Positions 1 through 9,407 of a stretch of DNA of 47,943 nt are shown here, in pieces; within the stretch, counting starts at the first letter, position 1, and each line of letters opens with the position of its first letter. Both the position numbers and the translations under genes were made by a program. The DNA comes from a bacterium. Its GTDB lineage: Bacteria > Patescibacteriota > Minisyncoccia > Phycocordibacterales > UBA6899. The stretch covers positions 1 through 47,943 of the forward strand of contig JAYVMS010000015.1 in assembly GCA_043758815.1 (NCBI GenBank). The letters are read 5' to 3'. The notes under the pieces are model-generated. The model saw only the letters and a list, made by a program, of their open reading frames with translations, had not been told where the DNA came from and made no database searches.

Positions 1-282
1 ATCGAGAAACTTTCTCAGGATAGAAAACCTGGCGAGCAGCCAATGCTTTATGAGGACGGAGCTAAGGTGGTATTTGATCAGGTGCTTTTGACTGACGACG
101 GCGCAAAGACTACGGTCGGAGCTCCCTATATCGCCGGTGCAAAGGTGAGCGCTACGGTTACTGTATCTTCAGCTAAGGGAGTAAAGGTCATGGTCGTGAA
201 GTACAAGGCCAAAAGTCGCTACTATAAAAAGAATGGTCATCGTCAGCCCTTCACAGAAGTAAAGATAGACTCAATCGGTTAA
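1..282 (+). CDS. rplU: 50S ribosomal protein L21, 5'-truncated by the window edge
   Basis: The frame is open from base 1 (IEKLSQDRKPGEQP...). The C-terminal KYKAKSRYYKKNGHRQPFTEVKI is typical of L21. Stop TAA at 280-282. Confidence 0.9.
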   Translation: MEKLSQDRKPGEQPMLYEDGAKVVFDQVLLTDDGAKTTVGAPYIAGAKVSATVTVSSAKGVKVMVVKYKAKSRYYKKNGHRQPFTEVKIDSIG

Positions 283-288
283 TAAACA

Positions 289-322
289 AAGAGCGGTCCG
301 CGAAAGCGAGGCCGTTCTTTTT
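289..322 (+). terminator. Putative intrinsic terminator after rplU
   Basis: GC-rich imperfect hairpin (cggtccgc-gaaa-gcgaggccg) followed by a T-run. Confidence 0.5.
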
Positions 323-653
323 TAGTAGACACTAAGATTAGCCACGTTTTAATTCATATCCTAACTAAATGGTGGGCTCTTTGTCACCGCGCTGGGCTTT
401 GGTTGCGACAGGAGTAGCAGGAATCCGCATTTGAGCATTTATTTAGATATGGACCATGCGAACCAATGCTCATATCCACAAAGACCAGGTCGCAAAGGTA
501 AATGTATTTGTAAACGTTAATTCTATATATCTCTCAAAGGGATATATTGGAGGTATTAAATAGCAACGATGCAATCACAATAAAGCAATTCACTGTTTAA
601 GCGAATTATAAAAAACGGCCCTCATGTGGGTCGTTTGTTTTTTGAATGACTCG

Positions 654-950
654 TTATTTCACCAGAGTCAGGTTGTGCGTATGTGCACTGACCTTATCGA
701 CGGCACCGAAGAATTGTTCATAGGTGCGGGCTTTTTCGCTGCCGAGCATCGGACTATCGGGGTGATAGAGCGTTGCCCCGAGTTCCGCTAGAAAGAAAAG
801 AGCTTCTGCTGGGTCCTGTCCGCGTGCTACTGCCCGATTTAGCTCGTGGGCGAATTTTTCGGAGCCGGTGATATTCACTGAGTATTTCTTGTCGCCGACT
901 CGAAGCGCGATTGCGCCAAGAACGGGGGATTGAGATTTTTCCATAGTCAT
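654..950 (-). CDS. Hypothetical small protein (98 aa)
   Basis: ORF followed on its strand by a hairpin plus T-run at about 611-646. No motif recognised. Confidence 0.5.
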   Translation of the reverse strand: MTMEKSQSPVLGAIALRVGDKKYSVNITGSEKFAHELNRAVARGQDPAEALFFLAELGATLYHPDSPMLGSEKARTYEQFFGAVDKVSAHTHNLTLVK

Positions 951-1056
951 CTCCTTAATCTGTGTTGTACAGCCTTTAATACACTACAATCAAAGAATAT
1001 TTTGTCAATAAAAAATATCAGCAGTGTTGAGTTGGAACCGAGAGCTCGTTATTAAC

Positions 1057-1668
1057 TTAGTAACCGAGCGACGCGATCTCATCTCTATCTGAGACAGTGG
1101 CCACAGCGTAGGTATTGAGAATAAAATCTGCAAGTGGGAATACAACATTGTAATTCTTGTTTGTATTGCGATGATGCAGGAAATGATGACGCGCGAGGAA
1201 GCGATAGAGCGCTGTGCGCGACCAATTTGGTTTTTTGGGCTGGTGCATCTCGCGATGAATGATGTTCCACGTGTTGTTGTGCACAAATGCCACTACTGAA
1301 AAACAAATTGCAGTTACGGGAGAGAACCATGCGATGAAAACGAGCGCTGGCAAAAGTCCAATTTGCACGGCAACTATCTCTTCTTTGGTGAAAGCGATAC
1401 TCTCTTCTTTTCCTAGTGGATCGTCCTCATAATCAAATTTTTTGTAGTACGTGGCGTGATGGAGAATTGCATGGCTTTTGTACTGCTGATCGAAATACCG
1501 CTTTTTTCGTAGGAGCGGCAGGCCACGATGCATGACATGTTTATGTATAAAATATTCAAAGAATGAACCAAATAACATCGCAATACTCAAACCAAGTACG
1601 ATTTCGAGTCCATAAGCACCAAAGCTGTGCGGTAAACTCCCTAGGAGATGCTGGAGTAAAAATTCCAT
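1057..1668 (-). CDS. Fatty acid hydroxylase / sterol desaturase superfamily membrane protein
   Basis: Histidine boxes HKHVMH, HAILHH, HREMH and HHFLHH within a hydrophobic protein. Confidence 0.7.
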   Translation of the reverse strand: MEFLLQHLLGSLPHSFGAYGLEIVLGLSIAMLFGSFFEYFIHKHVMHRGLPLLRKKRYFDQQYKSHAILHHATYYKKFDYEDDPLGKEESIAFTKEEIVAVQIGLLPALVFIAWFSPVTAICFSVVAFVHNNTWNIIHREMHQPKKPNWSRTALYRFLARHHFLHHRNTNKNYNVVFPLADFILNTYAVATVSDRDEIASLGY

Positions 1669-1749
1669 TTCTTAACTTTAGTCGGTATGTTGAAATTGTC
1701 AAAATTGAATTTTTGAACTTTTAATTCATAATATATTAATCGAAGAATG

Positions 1750-2367
1750 CTATTTTCTTCCCTCCAGTGCGTAGCGGAGAGTTTCGGCATCAGAGTACTC
1801 AAGCTCAGTGCCAGTTGATAGGCCACGACCGAGGGTGGTAACGCTTATGAGATGAGTATTAGTGGTCGGAGCAATGGTCTCGCGCACGTATTCTGCGGTG
1901 TGCTCGCTTTCGGGGGTGACTGCACAGGCGAGAATTATTTCTTTGATATCCATGGACTCAGCTTCTATCAGGCGCATGAGATCGTTGATGCGGATCTTCG
2001 ACGCGGGATTCTTTTCAAGTATTGGGAGTATTCCGCCAAGAATGAAATACGTACCTTGATACGTGCCACTACGCTCGATAGCTTCAAGGTCAGAATCTTT
2101 TTCGACCACCATGAGTGTATTGTGATCACGAGTCTCGTCACTACATATCGTGCATTGGTCAGGGGCGGCAGGAAATTTTTTCGTAAAATAGCGATGGCAT
2201 CTGTTGCATTGAGAGATGGCACCTTCGAGAGACTCAATAGTGCGAATAAGTTCATTGATGTAACCCTTATTCTGCTTCAATAGAAAATAGACAAAACGGC
2301 GAGATTGGCGCGAGCCTATCCCAGGAAATTCCGCAAATAAAGATGCGAGTTTAGAAATAGAATCCAT
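1750..2367 (-). CDS. recR: Recombination protein RecR
   Basis: N-terminal FPGIGSRQSRRF helix-hairpin-helix, a CxxC...CxxC zinc finger (CNRCHRYF...CTICSD) and a Toprim-like C-terminal part. Confidence 0.9.
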   Translation of the reverse strand: MDSISKLASLFAEFPGIGSRQSRRFVYFLLKQNKGYINELIRTIESLEGAISQCNRCHRYFTKKFPAAPDQCTICSDETRDHNTLMVVEKDSDLEAIERSGTYQGTYFILGGILPILEKNPASKIRINDLMRLIEAESMDIKEIILACAVTPESEHTAEYVRETIAPTTNTHLISVTTLGRGLSTGTELEYSDAETLRYALEGRK

Positions 2368-2459
2368 ATAAAAAGTGAGAAGTAGGAAGGAGTCAGTAAG
2401 AAGAGAAAAGCAAATACTGAATTTACCTGACGTCTTTCTGCTTTCACCTTCGAACTCTA

Positions 2460-3845
2460 CTAAAATACATCAAAAGTCTCGTCAGCTCCACCCCCACGTC
2501 CTTTTTCAATTTCCCTGAAGGTTGTGTGCTTATCGTCAAAGAAGAGCTCTATGAGGCCCGTGGGGCCGTTACGGTGCTTTTCTATCATGATCTCGGCAAT
2601 ACCTGGCCTATCCGAGGGTTGGTCTTTGTTGGCCTTATCTTCGCGATGGATGAACATGACCACGTCGGCATCTTGCTCGATAGAACCTGAGTCACGAAGG
2701 TCGCTCAAGCGAGGTCTGCCTCCGCGCTGCTCAACCGCACGTGAGAGCTGCGAAAGTGCGAGTACGGGCACATCAAGGTCCTTAGCGAGGCCCTTAAGAG
2801 AGCGCGAGATCTCAGTGACCTGTTGCACCATCGAGTCGGTCGAGCGCATCGGTGTCATGAGTTGAAGGTAGTCGACGACGACGAGCCCAAGATTGTGTTC
2901 ACTTTTCATGCGGCGCACAGCGGAGCGCATGTTCATGATATTGATACCGGCTTGATCGTTGATAAAGATCGGTGCTTTTGAAAGTCTGTCTAAGCCTTCG
3001 CGCAAATATGCGAACTCGTGATCTTTGGAAAGTTGTCCTGTTCGTAAGCGCCATGCATCGACAGAGCTTTCGGCTGCGAGCATACGGTCGATCAATTGTT
3101 GCGAACTCATTTCGAGAGAGAAGATGCCGACAGGTACGCCGTGTTCGACAGATGCTTTACGAGCAATGTCGAGTGCGAGCGACGTCTTACCCATTGAAGG
3201 GCGAGCAGCAAGAATAACAAGATCTGATTTTTGTAATCCCGAGAGGAGTTTGTCTAAACTCGGGAAACCGGTTGGAACTCCGCGAAGGCCATCTTGGTTT
3301 TCGTGGATCTTTTCGATGCGGTTCCACGCTTCTACAAGCGCGTCTTTGATGTTTTGGATACCGGAGCCAGAAGAAATGTTCGTTACTGAATATATTTTGC
3401 TTTCTGCCTCGTCGAGTATCTCTTCAAGCGCAAGTTCTTCTTGATATCCGAGCTCTGAAACTTGTTCTGCGGTGCGGATAAGCTCGCGCAGAACGTGTTT
3501 CTTGTAAACGGTCTCAGCGTAGTACTTGGCATTGGCAGAAGAGGGGACAATTCCTGCTAATTCGGCAAGATAAGTGCGGCCTCCTATTGATTCAAGCTGA
3601 GATTTCTCCTCAAGTCGCATTGCAAGGGTGAGCATGTCGATCGGTTCTCGTTTGCGGTGAAGGTCGAGCATCGCTTCATAAATGACGCGGTGCTTTTCTG
3701 CATAGAAAGATTCTGAGCGGAGAATGTCGTTGATATCGTAGAGCGAATCTGTGCGAAGCATGATGGCGCCGAGTAGCGCTTGCTCGGATTCGAGGTGCTG
3801 GGGAGGGAGGCGGAGTCCAGTCGTAGGAAGATACGGGCTTTTCAT
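2460..3845 (-). CDS. dnaB: Replicative DNA helicase DnaB
   Basis: N-terminal PPQHLESEQALLGAIML, Walker A ARPSMGKTS, and the VVVDYLQLM and SQLSRAVEQR motifs. Confidence 0.95.
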   Translation of the reverse strand: MKSPYLPTTGLRLPPQHLESEQALLGAIMLRTDSLYDINDILRSESFYAEKHRVIYEAMLDLHRKREPIDMLTLAMRLEEKSQLESIGGRTYLAELAGIVPSSANAKYYAETVYKKHVLRELIRTAEQVSELGYQEELALEEILDEAESKIYSVTNISSGSGIQNIKDALVEAWNRIEKIHENQDGLRGVPTGFPSLDKLLSGLQKSDLVILAARPSMGKTSLALDIARKASVEHGVPVGIFSLEMSSQQLIDRMLAAESSVDAWRLRTGQLSKDHEFAYLREGLDRLSKAPIFINDQAGINIMNMRSAVRRMKSEHNLGLVVVDYLQLMTPMRSTDSMVQQVTEISRSLKGLAKDLDVPVLALSQLSRAVEQRGGRPRLSDLRDSGSIEQDADVVMFIHREDKANKDQPSDRPGIAEIMIEKHRNGPTGLIELFFDDKHTTFREIEKGRGGGADETFDVF

Positions 3846-3961
3846 CCGATTAGTTTAACATGCAAAGTGCGAGAATGAGAAAGTGATGAAGTCGGACCAT
3901 TATGGGGGTAAGCTGTGCACAAATTTCGCATGAAAGGGGATTATGTGAGAAGATACTCGCT

Positions 3962-4678
3962 ATGGACAAACAGCAAAATATTCAGGTGGTCATCCTTGCT
4001 GCAGGAAAAGGAACGCGCATGCTTCCACTTACAGAAACAAAACCGAAACCAATGCAAATAGTATCGGGAAGAAACCTCATCGAATGGAAACTCGAAGCGC
4101 TTCCTGAGGAGACAAAGGAGGTAATCATCATCATTGGCCATCAAGGCGAGCAGATAGAAAAATATTTTGGAGACGAATGGCGCGGTTTTGGTGCAAAGAT
4201 GCGAATTAAGTATGTACATCAGGAAGAGCTTAATGGCACAGCGGGGGCGCTTTGGGCTGCGAAGGACCTCATCCACGATCGTTTCTTGGTCATGATGGGT
4301 GATGACCTGTACGCACGCGAAGACATACTCAAAATGACCAAGCATGACTTGGCAGTCTGCGTTATGCGGGTGGCAGAGAAAGAGGTCGGAGGGGAAATGC
4401 TCGCTAATCCTGATGGAACCTTCAGAAATATACAAGAAGAAAAACATTTTGTGGAAACAGGCCTTATGAATACTGGTATGTATATGCTCGATCGAAGAAT
4501 ATTTGAGCATGAGCCCGTTGCAATAGGGGGGGCGTCAAAGGAATTCGGCTTGCCGCACACACTTGCTGCCCTTGCTAAGGTTGATCCGGTCGCTATGGTA
4601 CATGCAAGCAAGTGGCTGCAGGTCACAACCACCGAAGATCTTTTGCGTGCAGAAGACTTTGTTGTAGATAATGCTTGA
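3962..4678 (+). CDS. Sugar-phosphate nucleotidyltransferase (NTP_transferase family)
   Basis: ILAAGKGTRMLPLT signature. The start is placed at the internal ATG (MDKQQN), because the listed ORF begins further upstream. Confidence 0.8.
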   Translation: MDKQQNIQVVILAAGKGTRMLPLTETKPKPMQIVSGRNLIEWKLEALPEETKEVIIIIGHQGEQIEKYFGDEWRGFGAKMRIKYVHQEELNGTAGALWAAKDLIHDRFLVMMGDDLYAREDILKMTKHDLAVCVMRVAEKEVGGEMLANPDGTFRNIQEEKHFVETGLMNTGMYMLDRRIFEHEPVAIGGASKEFGLPHTLAALAKVDPVAMVHASKWLQVTTTEDLLRAEDFVVDNA

Positions 4679-4702
4679 CAAATATCAAAAATAATGTATA
4701 AT
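4675..4702 (+). promoter_or_regulatory. Sigma-70-like promoter (TTGACA, 16-nt spacer, TGTATAAT)
   Basis: TTGACA at 4675-4680 and an extended -10 (TG-TATAAT) at 4695-4702, upstream of the small ORF at 4761. Confidence 0.5.
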
Positions 4703-4760
4703 TTAACATAGGTAGATTTCAAGATAATTTTCTCCACTCGTACACATGAGGAGTTACTGA

Positions 4761-4937
4761 ATGAAAGACGCCACATTCGTTATCCTGCCAGAAGGCTATG
4801 TCACTGCCTGCGAAGGGGATGACAGACAAGACCAGATGCAGGTTGTGCGTTGCCTGATTCCGGATGAAGAAGATCCGTACATCTGTGCGAATAAGATCTC
4901 GGACCAACACAACGGTCGTCAAGTCCTCGTTTGGTAA
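4761..4937 (+). CDS. Small hypothetical protein (58 aa; below the ORF-track cutoff)
   Basis: ATG preceded by a GAGGAG Shine-Dalgarno-like sequence (4748-4753). It has its own promoter upstream and a hairpin plus T-run downstream (about 4950-4982). Confidence 0.45.
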   Translation: MKDATFVILPEGYVTACEGDDRQDQMQVVRCLIPDEEDPYICANKISDQHNGRQVLVW

Positions 4938-5082
4938 AACAACCAGACCCACCCAAAAACCTTTTCCCCGAAGAGGTTTTTCTATATACGTTGTTTAGAG
5001 TTCACAGTAACTATCCGCTATCTTGCACAAACTCATTGCTGTGCTAGCGTAAATACAGATTGTAATTTTCAAGGAGTTCAAA

Positions 5083-5826
5083 ATGAACAATAAAGTTCTC
5101 GGTATGTTTCTGCCTTTCGTTTATCTTTTTTTTGCGAGTCCGCAAGTTTCTGCAAAGATCAATGAATCTCCGCATGCGCAGGGTAGAGTTCATTGCGAAA
5201 GCCGCGGACACTGCAGTCGGGTGCACACTCAGCCGAAGCCGAGACATTACCGGGGGTCATTTAGCTCAGGCCCTCTTGATGGTTCGTACTTCGACCGCAA
5301 AAAAAGCCTAGCGCATGAGAACCTTGTTGCAGACGAGCTCAAGTTGCCGCGCTTTCAGAGGCTTGATGACATTATTCTGGCACATCCTGTTTTGAGTATT
5401 GTTCCGCTAGAGACTGAAACCTTCTTCGTGGATGATCACGTTGACCCCAACAGGCGATACTTGCAAAGGTGGGCCTACGCCTATCTGGTCAACTTAGCTT
5501 CCGACTTCAAGAGGGAAGTGCTATCATCGAAGGATTATCCGAAGCTCAAGGTCACATCGCTTGTGCGCGATCTCGATTACCAGCTGCATAGCGTGAAGAG
5601 CGCAGCCAAATGCAGAGAGCCCGAAACATGCTCCACGCATCTGACCGGTGCTAGCTTCGATATCTCTTTCAAGAACATGAGTCGCGAGCAGTACAAGTGG
5701 ATGTACGAAAGACTTTCGCGTGAGCGCGATCTCGGCGTCATCAACGCTATTCATGAGCCTTGGAGCGGCTGCTTCCACATCTTCGTGCTTCCGCCGGAAG
5801 ACACGACATCGGTAGCTCCCAAATGA
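5083..5826 (+). CDS. Secreted protein, possibly a peptidase M15 / Hedgehog-DD-peptidase-fold zinc hydrolase
   Basis: N-terminal signal peptide, STHLTGASFDI (SxHxxGxAxD-like) and a distal HEPWSGCFH. AAGGAG Shine-Dalgarno sequence upstream. Confidence 0.55.
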   Translation: MNNKVLGMFLPFVYLFFASPQVSAKINESPHAQGRVHCESRGHCSRVHTQPKPRHYRGSFSSGPLDGSYFDRKKSLAHENLVADELKLPRFQRLDDIILAHPVLSIVPLETETFFVDDHVDPNRRYLQRWAYAYLVNLASDFKREVLSSKDYPKLKVTSLVRDLDYQLHSVKSAAKCREPETCSTHLTGASFDISFKNMSREQYKWMYERLSRERDLGVINAIHEPWSGCFHIFVLPPEDTTSVAPK

Positions 5827-5855
5827 TCTTGCCCCCACTATACGGGGCAATTTTT

Positions 5856-6761
5856 TTATTTTATAAAATCTCTCGCAAGAGTGAGTGCTTTTGTCCTGTC
5901 TCTGTACTCTATCCAGTGAATACGTTTGTCGCGGCGAAACCAAGTGTACTGGCGTTTGGCGTATTGTTTGATCGCCACCTCGAGCTCTTGAAGCATTTTT
6001 GCCTTACTCAGTTCCTTATTGAGAAGTCTTTTTATGAAGCGATATTCCAAGCCAAGTGCCTCCATTCGCTTCGCGCTCACCCCTTCTATAAGTAGATGTT
6101 TTACTTCGCTTACCATTCCAGCGCGCATGCGTTTTGTAAGGCGAAGAGATATCCGAGCGTGCAAAGTTGCTTGCGGTACATTGAGGCCAATGAAGAGGGG
6201 GGTGTATCTCTTTATTTCCCTTAAAGGGGGAACTTTGCCAAGGGTGGTTGCTATCTCTATCGCGCGTATTAGTCGAACGCTATTTTTTGTATCGATATTT
6301 TTTGCTCGTTTGGGGTCTAGTTTTTTAAGTATCAGAAATAGTTCGTTGGCGCTTATTTGTGAAAGTTTTTTGCGGAGGTTTGGGTCTGCTTTCACTTCAG
6401 GAAGGATGAGCCCATCCACAAGCGCTTGGATATAGAATCCTGTCCCGCCACAGACTATGGGAAGTTTGCCTCGATTTAAGATATCTTTGATTGCTCGCTC
6501 TGCTTGCTGCTTATATTCTGCTACAGTAAAGATTCTTTTGGGTGAAGCGACATCAAGAAGATGATGGGGGACATTTTGCATCTCAGTCTTGGTGATTTTT
6601 CCAGAGCCAATGTCCATACCACGATACACTTGTCGTGAATCAGCAGAGATAACTTCGCCATTCAATTCTTTTGCGAGTAGTACCGCTAGGTCACTCTTAC
6701 CTCCGGCAGTTGGGCCGACGATAACGACGATCTTAGGAAGCTTTTGGTTTATTTTTGTCAT
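5856..6761 (-). CDS. miaA: tRNA dimethylallyltransferase MiaA
   Basis: P-loop GPTAGGKS, DSRQVYRGMDIGS and the overall MiaA layout. Confidence 0.9.
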   Translation of the reverse strand: MTKINQKLPKIVVIVGPTAGGKSDLAVLLAKELNGEVISADSRQVYRGMDIGSGKITKTEMQNVPHHLLDVASPKRIFTVAEYKQQAERAIKDILNRGKLPIVCGGTGFYIQALVDGLILPEVKADPNLRKKLSQISANELFLILKKLDPKRAKNIDTKNSVRLIRAIEIATTLGKVPPLREIKRYTPLFIGLNVPQATLHARISLRLTKRMRAGMVSEVKHLLIEGVSAKRMEALGLEYRFIKRLLNKELSKAKMLQELEVAIKQYAKRQYTWFRRDKRIHWIEYRDRTKALTLARDFIK

Positions 6762-6834
6762 TTTTGTTGGTTTTTCAAGTATACAGATTCATGCTATGAT
6801 GTGAATCCAATTCTTAATCATTAGTATAAATAAC

Positions 6835-7440
6835 ATGGAAACAGAAGACTATTTTGACTCGCTCCGCATAGGAGATAAATTACCTGAACTTATCCTTCCT
6901 GCGTATGATCCCAAGAAAGACGAGCAGGTGTCTATCAATACAAAAGACTATGAGGGTAAGAAGTGGCTGATCTTCTTTTTCTATCCCGCAGATTTTACGT
7001 TCATCTGCCCGACTGAGCTCGAAGAGATGGCAAGTCAGTATGCAGAATTTCAGAAGGAGGGCGCTGAAGTATTATCGGTCTCAACTGACACGGTATTCGT
7101 GCACAAAGCATGGCACGATCACTCAGAGGCTATCAAAAAGGTACAGTTCCCGATGGTCGCTGACCCATCAGGTGAGCTCAGTATGCTTTTCAATGTGTAT
7201 ATCGAAGCGGGCGGAGACGCTGGCCTAGCACTACGTGGAACATTTATTGTTGACCCTGATGGAATATTGAAGACAATAGAGATCAATGATAACTCCATAG
7301 GAAGAAGTGCAAAAGAAACAATGCGCAAGCTCAAGGCGGCTAAGTTCGTGATGGAGCACGGTGGACAAGTTTGCCCAGCAAGCTGGGAACCTGGAGGAGA
7401 GACTCTCGAGCCAGGGATGAATTTGGTCGGAAAGATCTAG
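6835..7440 (+). CDS. 2-Cys peroxiredoxin (AhpC/Tsa family)
   Basis: Peroxidatic FTFICPTEL and resolving VCPASW motifs. Confidence 0.9.
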   Translation: METEDYFDSLRIGDKLPELILPAYDPKKDEQVSINTKDYEGKKWLIFFFYPADFTFICPTELEEMASQYAEFQKEGAEVLSVSTDTVFVHKAWHDHSEAIKKVQFPMVADPSGELSMLFNVYIEAGGDAGLALRGTFIVDPDGILKTIEINDNSIGRSAKETMRKLKAAKFVMEHGGQVCPASWEPGGETLEPGMNLVGKI

Positions 7441-7446
7441 AAAAAA

Positions 7447-7477
7447 CAAAAACGCTCGATACATCGGGCGTTTTTTG
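7447..7477. terminator. Bidirectional intrinsic terminator between convergent genes
   Basis: An A-run, then the hairpin cgctcg-atacat-cgggcg, then a T-run. Confidence 0.6.
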
Positions 7478-7489
7478 TCTGCCATAATC

Positions 7490-7885
7490 TTATTTAGATC
7501 TTTTGTTCTTGCGTTTAAGATCTATGAATATTGCGTAGATGCCAGAAACTACAAGAGGAATTATCTTCACGAGCATGAACATTCCGCGAAGCGTATGGGG
7601 TTTATCGCACGCATTTACAAGTTGTGCATCCTCACACCATTTCACTGCATTACGTTGCATGAATGCATCGCGGTCGATGGACTTCGATCGATCTCTTGCG
7701 GTGAATTTACGACCATCGGAAAGTAGTCGTTGACACAAGAACATGCTGATACTCAATAATAGTCCAATTATCAAATGACAAGTCCATTTCGTTTCGAGTG
7801 CTACGCTATTGCCAAGAAAATAGACAGGTGACGTCAGGATGAATGAAAAAACAAATACTTGAAAAGATCGATAGACCCACATCAT
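7490..7885 (-). CDS. Hypothetical membrane protein (131 aa)
   Basis: Several hydrophobic segments. No motif recognised. Confidence 0.5.
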   Translation of the reverse strand: MMWVYRSFQVFVFSFILTSPVYFLGNSVALETKWTCHLIIGLLLSISMFLCQRLLSDGRKFTARDRSKSIDRDAFMQRNAVKWCEDAQLVNACDKPHTLRGMFMLVKIIPLVVSGIYAIFIDLKRKNKRSK

Positions 7886-8031
7886 GAATCCTTTCTGTGG
7901 ATATGATTCTCATATTATTTAACTACATCGACGATATATAGCAAGGATTTCAAAGGTTTCAATTATATTTTTAAACGAAAGATGCGTGGTGATGTATTGG
8001 ACTTTTTCTAGCTCTTCCATATCATATACAC

Positions 8032-9156
8032 ATGGGAACCGAGCAAATGCATGAAGCGGATAGCACAGAAGTGCAAAACGAAGAAGTCACCTTGCCTTAT
8101 CTTGAACACGAGATCATTTTGGACTCCGAGCAACGGCTCACTCCGGCCAACGATGATATTTTTGTAGTACAAAATGAAAAACTTTCAGTGAACGGAGAGC
8201 AAGCCCACGTACTGTCCCAGAAGGAATTCGACCAGCAGCTAGCGATCAAACACACGATAGAAGTGAGCGGAGAAGTAGCAGCGTATTACATGGCAGAGCC
8301 GCCATTTGACCCTACGATTTCACAAGAATGGATAGTATTCGTTGGCGGCTTCAGTACAACGAAGGAGAAGTATTACGAAGAATTGCTTCACTTGGCGCAA
8401 AGCGGACGTAAAGTGTTGTTTATTAATCCTGAAATGTCAGCGCATGTTATTGACGATGAGCACCCAGCTACAGCACACATGCATGCAACTATTAAAAGCG
8501 AAGCAGATCTTCTTCGTCGCGTGCTCGATGCTGAGGGGATAGATAAAGCAGATTTCATAGCACATTCTCGCGGTGCAGCAGTCGCCACGACGCTTATCGC
8601 GCAAAATCCAGGTAGAGCAAGACGAGTACTGCTCGATAGCCCCGCTGGACTTATTGGAAAAGATACTCCCAAAGAGCTTATGGCTCGTTCGCGTAAAGAG
8701 ATGGTCGCGCGCATAAAGACCGAGCATTCGTTTAAGCCGCTCACTTCTTTTGCGGGTCGATTCTTGCGTCGATTGAATTTGCATTTAAAGGAGGAGATAC
8801 CCGCTATTGCTGATACTGATATTCGACCGCTACTTAAGACCATTCATGCATATTCACAAGAACACGCAGGTGACGCAGTTGAGACTATTCTTCTAAATCC
8901 CCAAAGTGACCTTATTTTTCCTCCCGATCGTATTGAGGCGGCGCTCGGAGATGATCCGTTCGAATATTTTGATAATTGGATGCAGTATGCAGATGTGAAA
9001 GCGTATCATGGACAGATCTATCATCCTGCTGAAATAGGAACTGAGGCGAATAAGGTACCCGCACAGTTAAGACACACGCTCATAGAAGATCTTATCAATG
9101 CGCCGAAGGTAGTACGTAGCGTGGAGGAAACTAACAGGTCTGCGTCAACTGCCTAA
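8032..9156 (+). CDS. Alpha/beta-hydrolase-fold protein
   Basis: Nucleophile-elbow-like AHSRGAA and a typical beta-strand/HG context (VFVGGFS). Confidence 0.65.
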   Translation: MGTEQMHEADSTEVQNEEVTLPYLEHEIILDSEQRLTPANDDIFVVQNEKLSVNGEQAHVLSQKEFDQQLAIKHTIEVSGEVAAYYMAEPPFDPTISQEWIVFVGGFSTTKEKYYEELLHLAQSGRKVLFINPEMSAHVIDDEHPATAHMHATIKSEADLLRRVLDAEGIDKADFIAHSRGAAVATTLIAQNPGRARRVLLDSPAGLIGKDTPKELMARSRKEMVARIKTEHSFKPLTSFAGRFLRRLNLHLKEEIPAIADTDIRPLLKTIHAYSQEHAGDAVETILLNPQSDLIFPPDRIEAALGDDPFEYFDNWMQYADVKAYHGQIYHPAEIGTEANKVPAQLRHTLIEDLINAPKVVRSVEETNRSASTA

Positions 9157-9195
9157 ATTGATTTTAGTAATTGTTTCGGATAGACTAGACCAACT

Positions 9196-9276
9196 GTCGT
9201 GCGCAAAAGATTGAGAAAATGTTATTTGTGTGAGAAAACAGTATACATAAGCCGGAGTGGCGTAATGGTAGCCGCG
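9196..9276 (+). repeat. Copy 1 of an 81-bp perfect direct repeat (tRNA-Leu upstream region plus tRNA nucleotides 1-26)
   Basis: Identical base for base to 9408-9488. Its last 26 nt (9251-9276) are the acceptor 5' strand and D-arm of tRNA-Leu, after which the sequence diverges. Confidence 0.95.
9251..9276 (+). pseudogene. Truncated tRNA-Leu 5' fragment (nucleotides 1-26 only)
   Basis: GCCGGAGTGGCGTAATGGTAGCCGCG is identical to the start of the intact tRNA. No anticodon arm, T-arm or matching 3' acceptor strand follows. Confidence 0.8.
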
Positions 9277-9407
9277 TGAGGTGCTGATCAGTAAAGTGCA
9301 ACTTTACAAGCACCGCAAGACCGGAGCCATGTCGAGTCCGCGAAGACGGCGAGGTGGGGTCGCAAGAACTTATGAACAAAGTGAATTAGTTACTTGAGAC
9401 CGACGTA

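Noticed and set aside
1852-2283. Long antisense or shadow ORFs inside well-supported genes. Examples: 1852-2283 opposite recR; 3025-3444 opposite dnaB; 13241-13684 opposite parB; 15072-15476 opposite the Rel/SpoT gene; 32916-33335 opposite the 760-aa gene; 44277-44657 opposite ftsW.
   Set aside because: Each lies entirely within a gene that carries hallmark motifs on the other strand. Their translations are low-complexity or Ser/Arg/Cys-rich, as is typical of non-coding frames.
9277-9407. Interpreting the 131-nt spacer as a group I intron or a tmRNA/SRP/RNase P-type RNA.
   Set aside because: The divergence point (after tRNA nucleotide 26) is not a known intron site, the flanking duplication includes promoter DNA, and I could not find signature motifs of those RNA families by eye. 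It remains an unclassified candidate.
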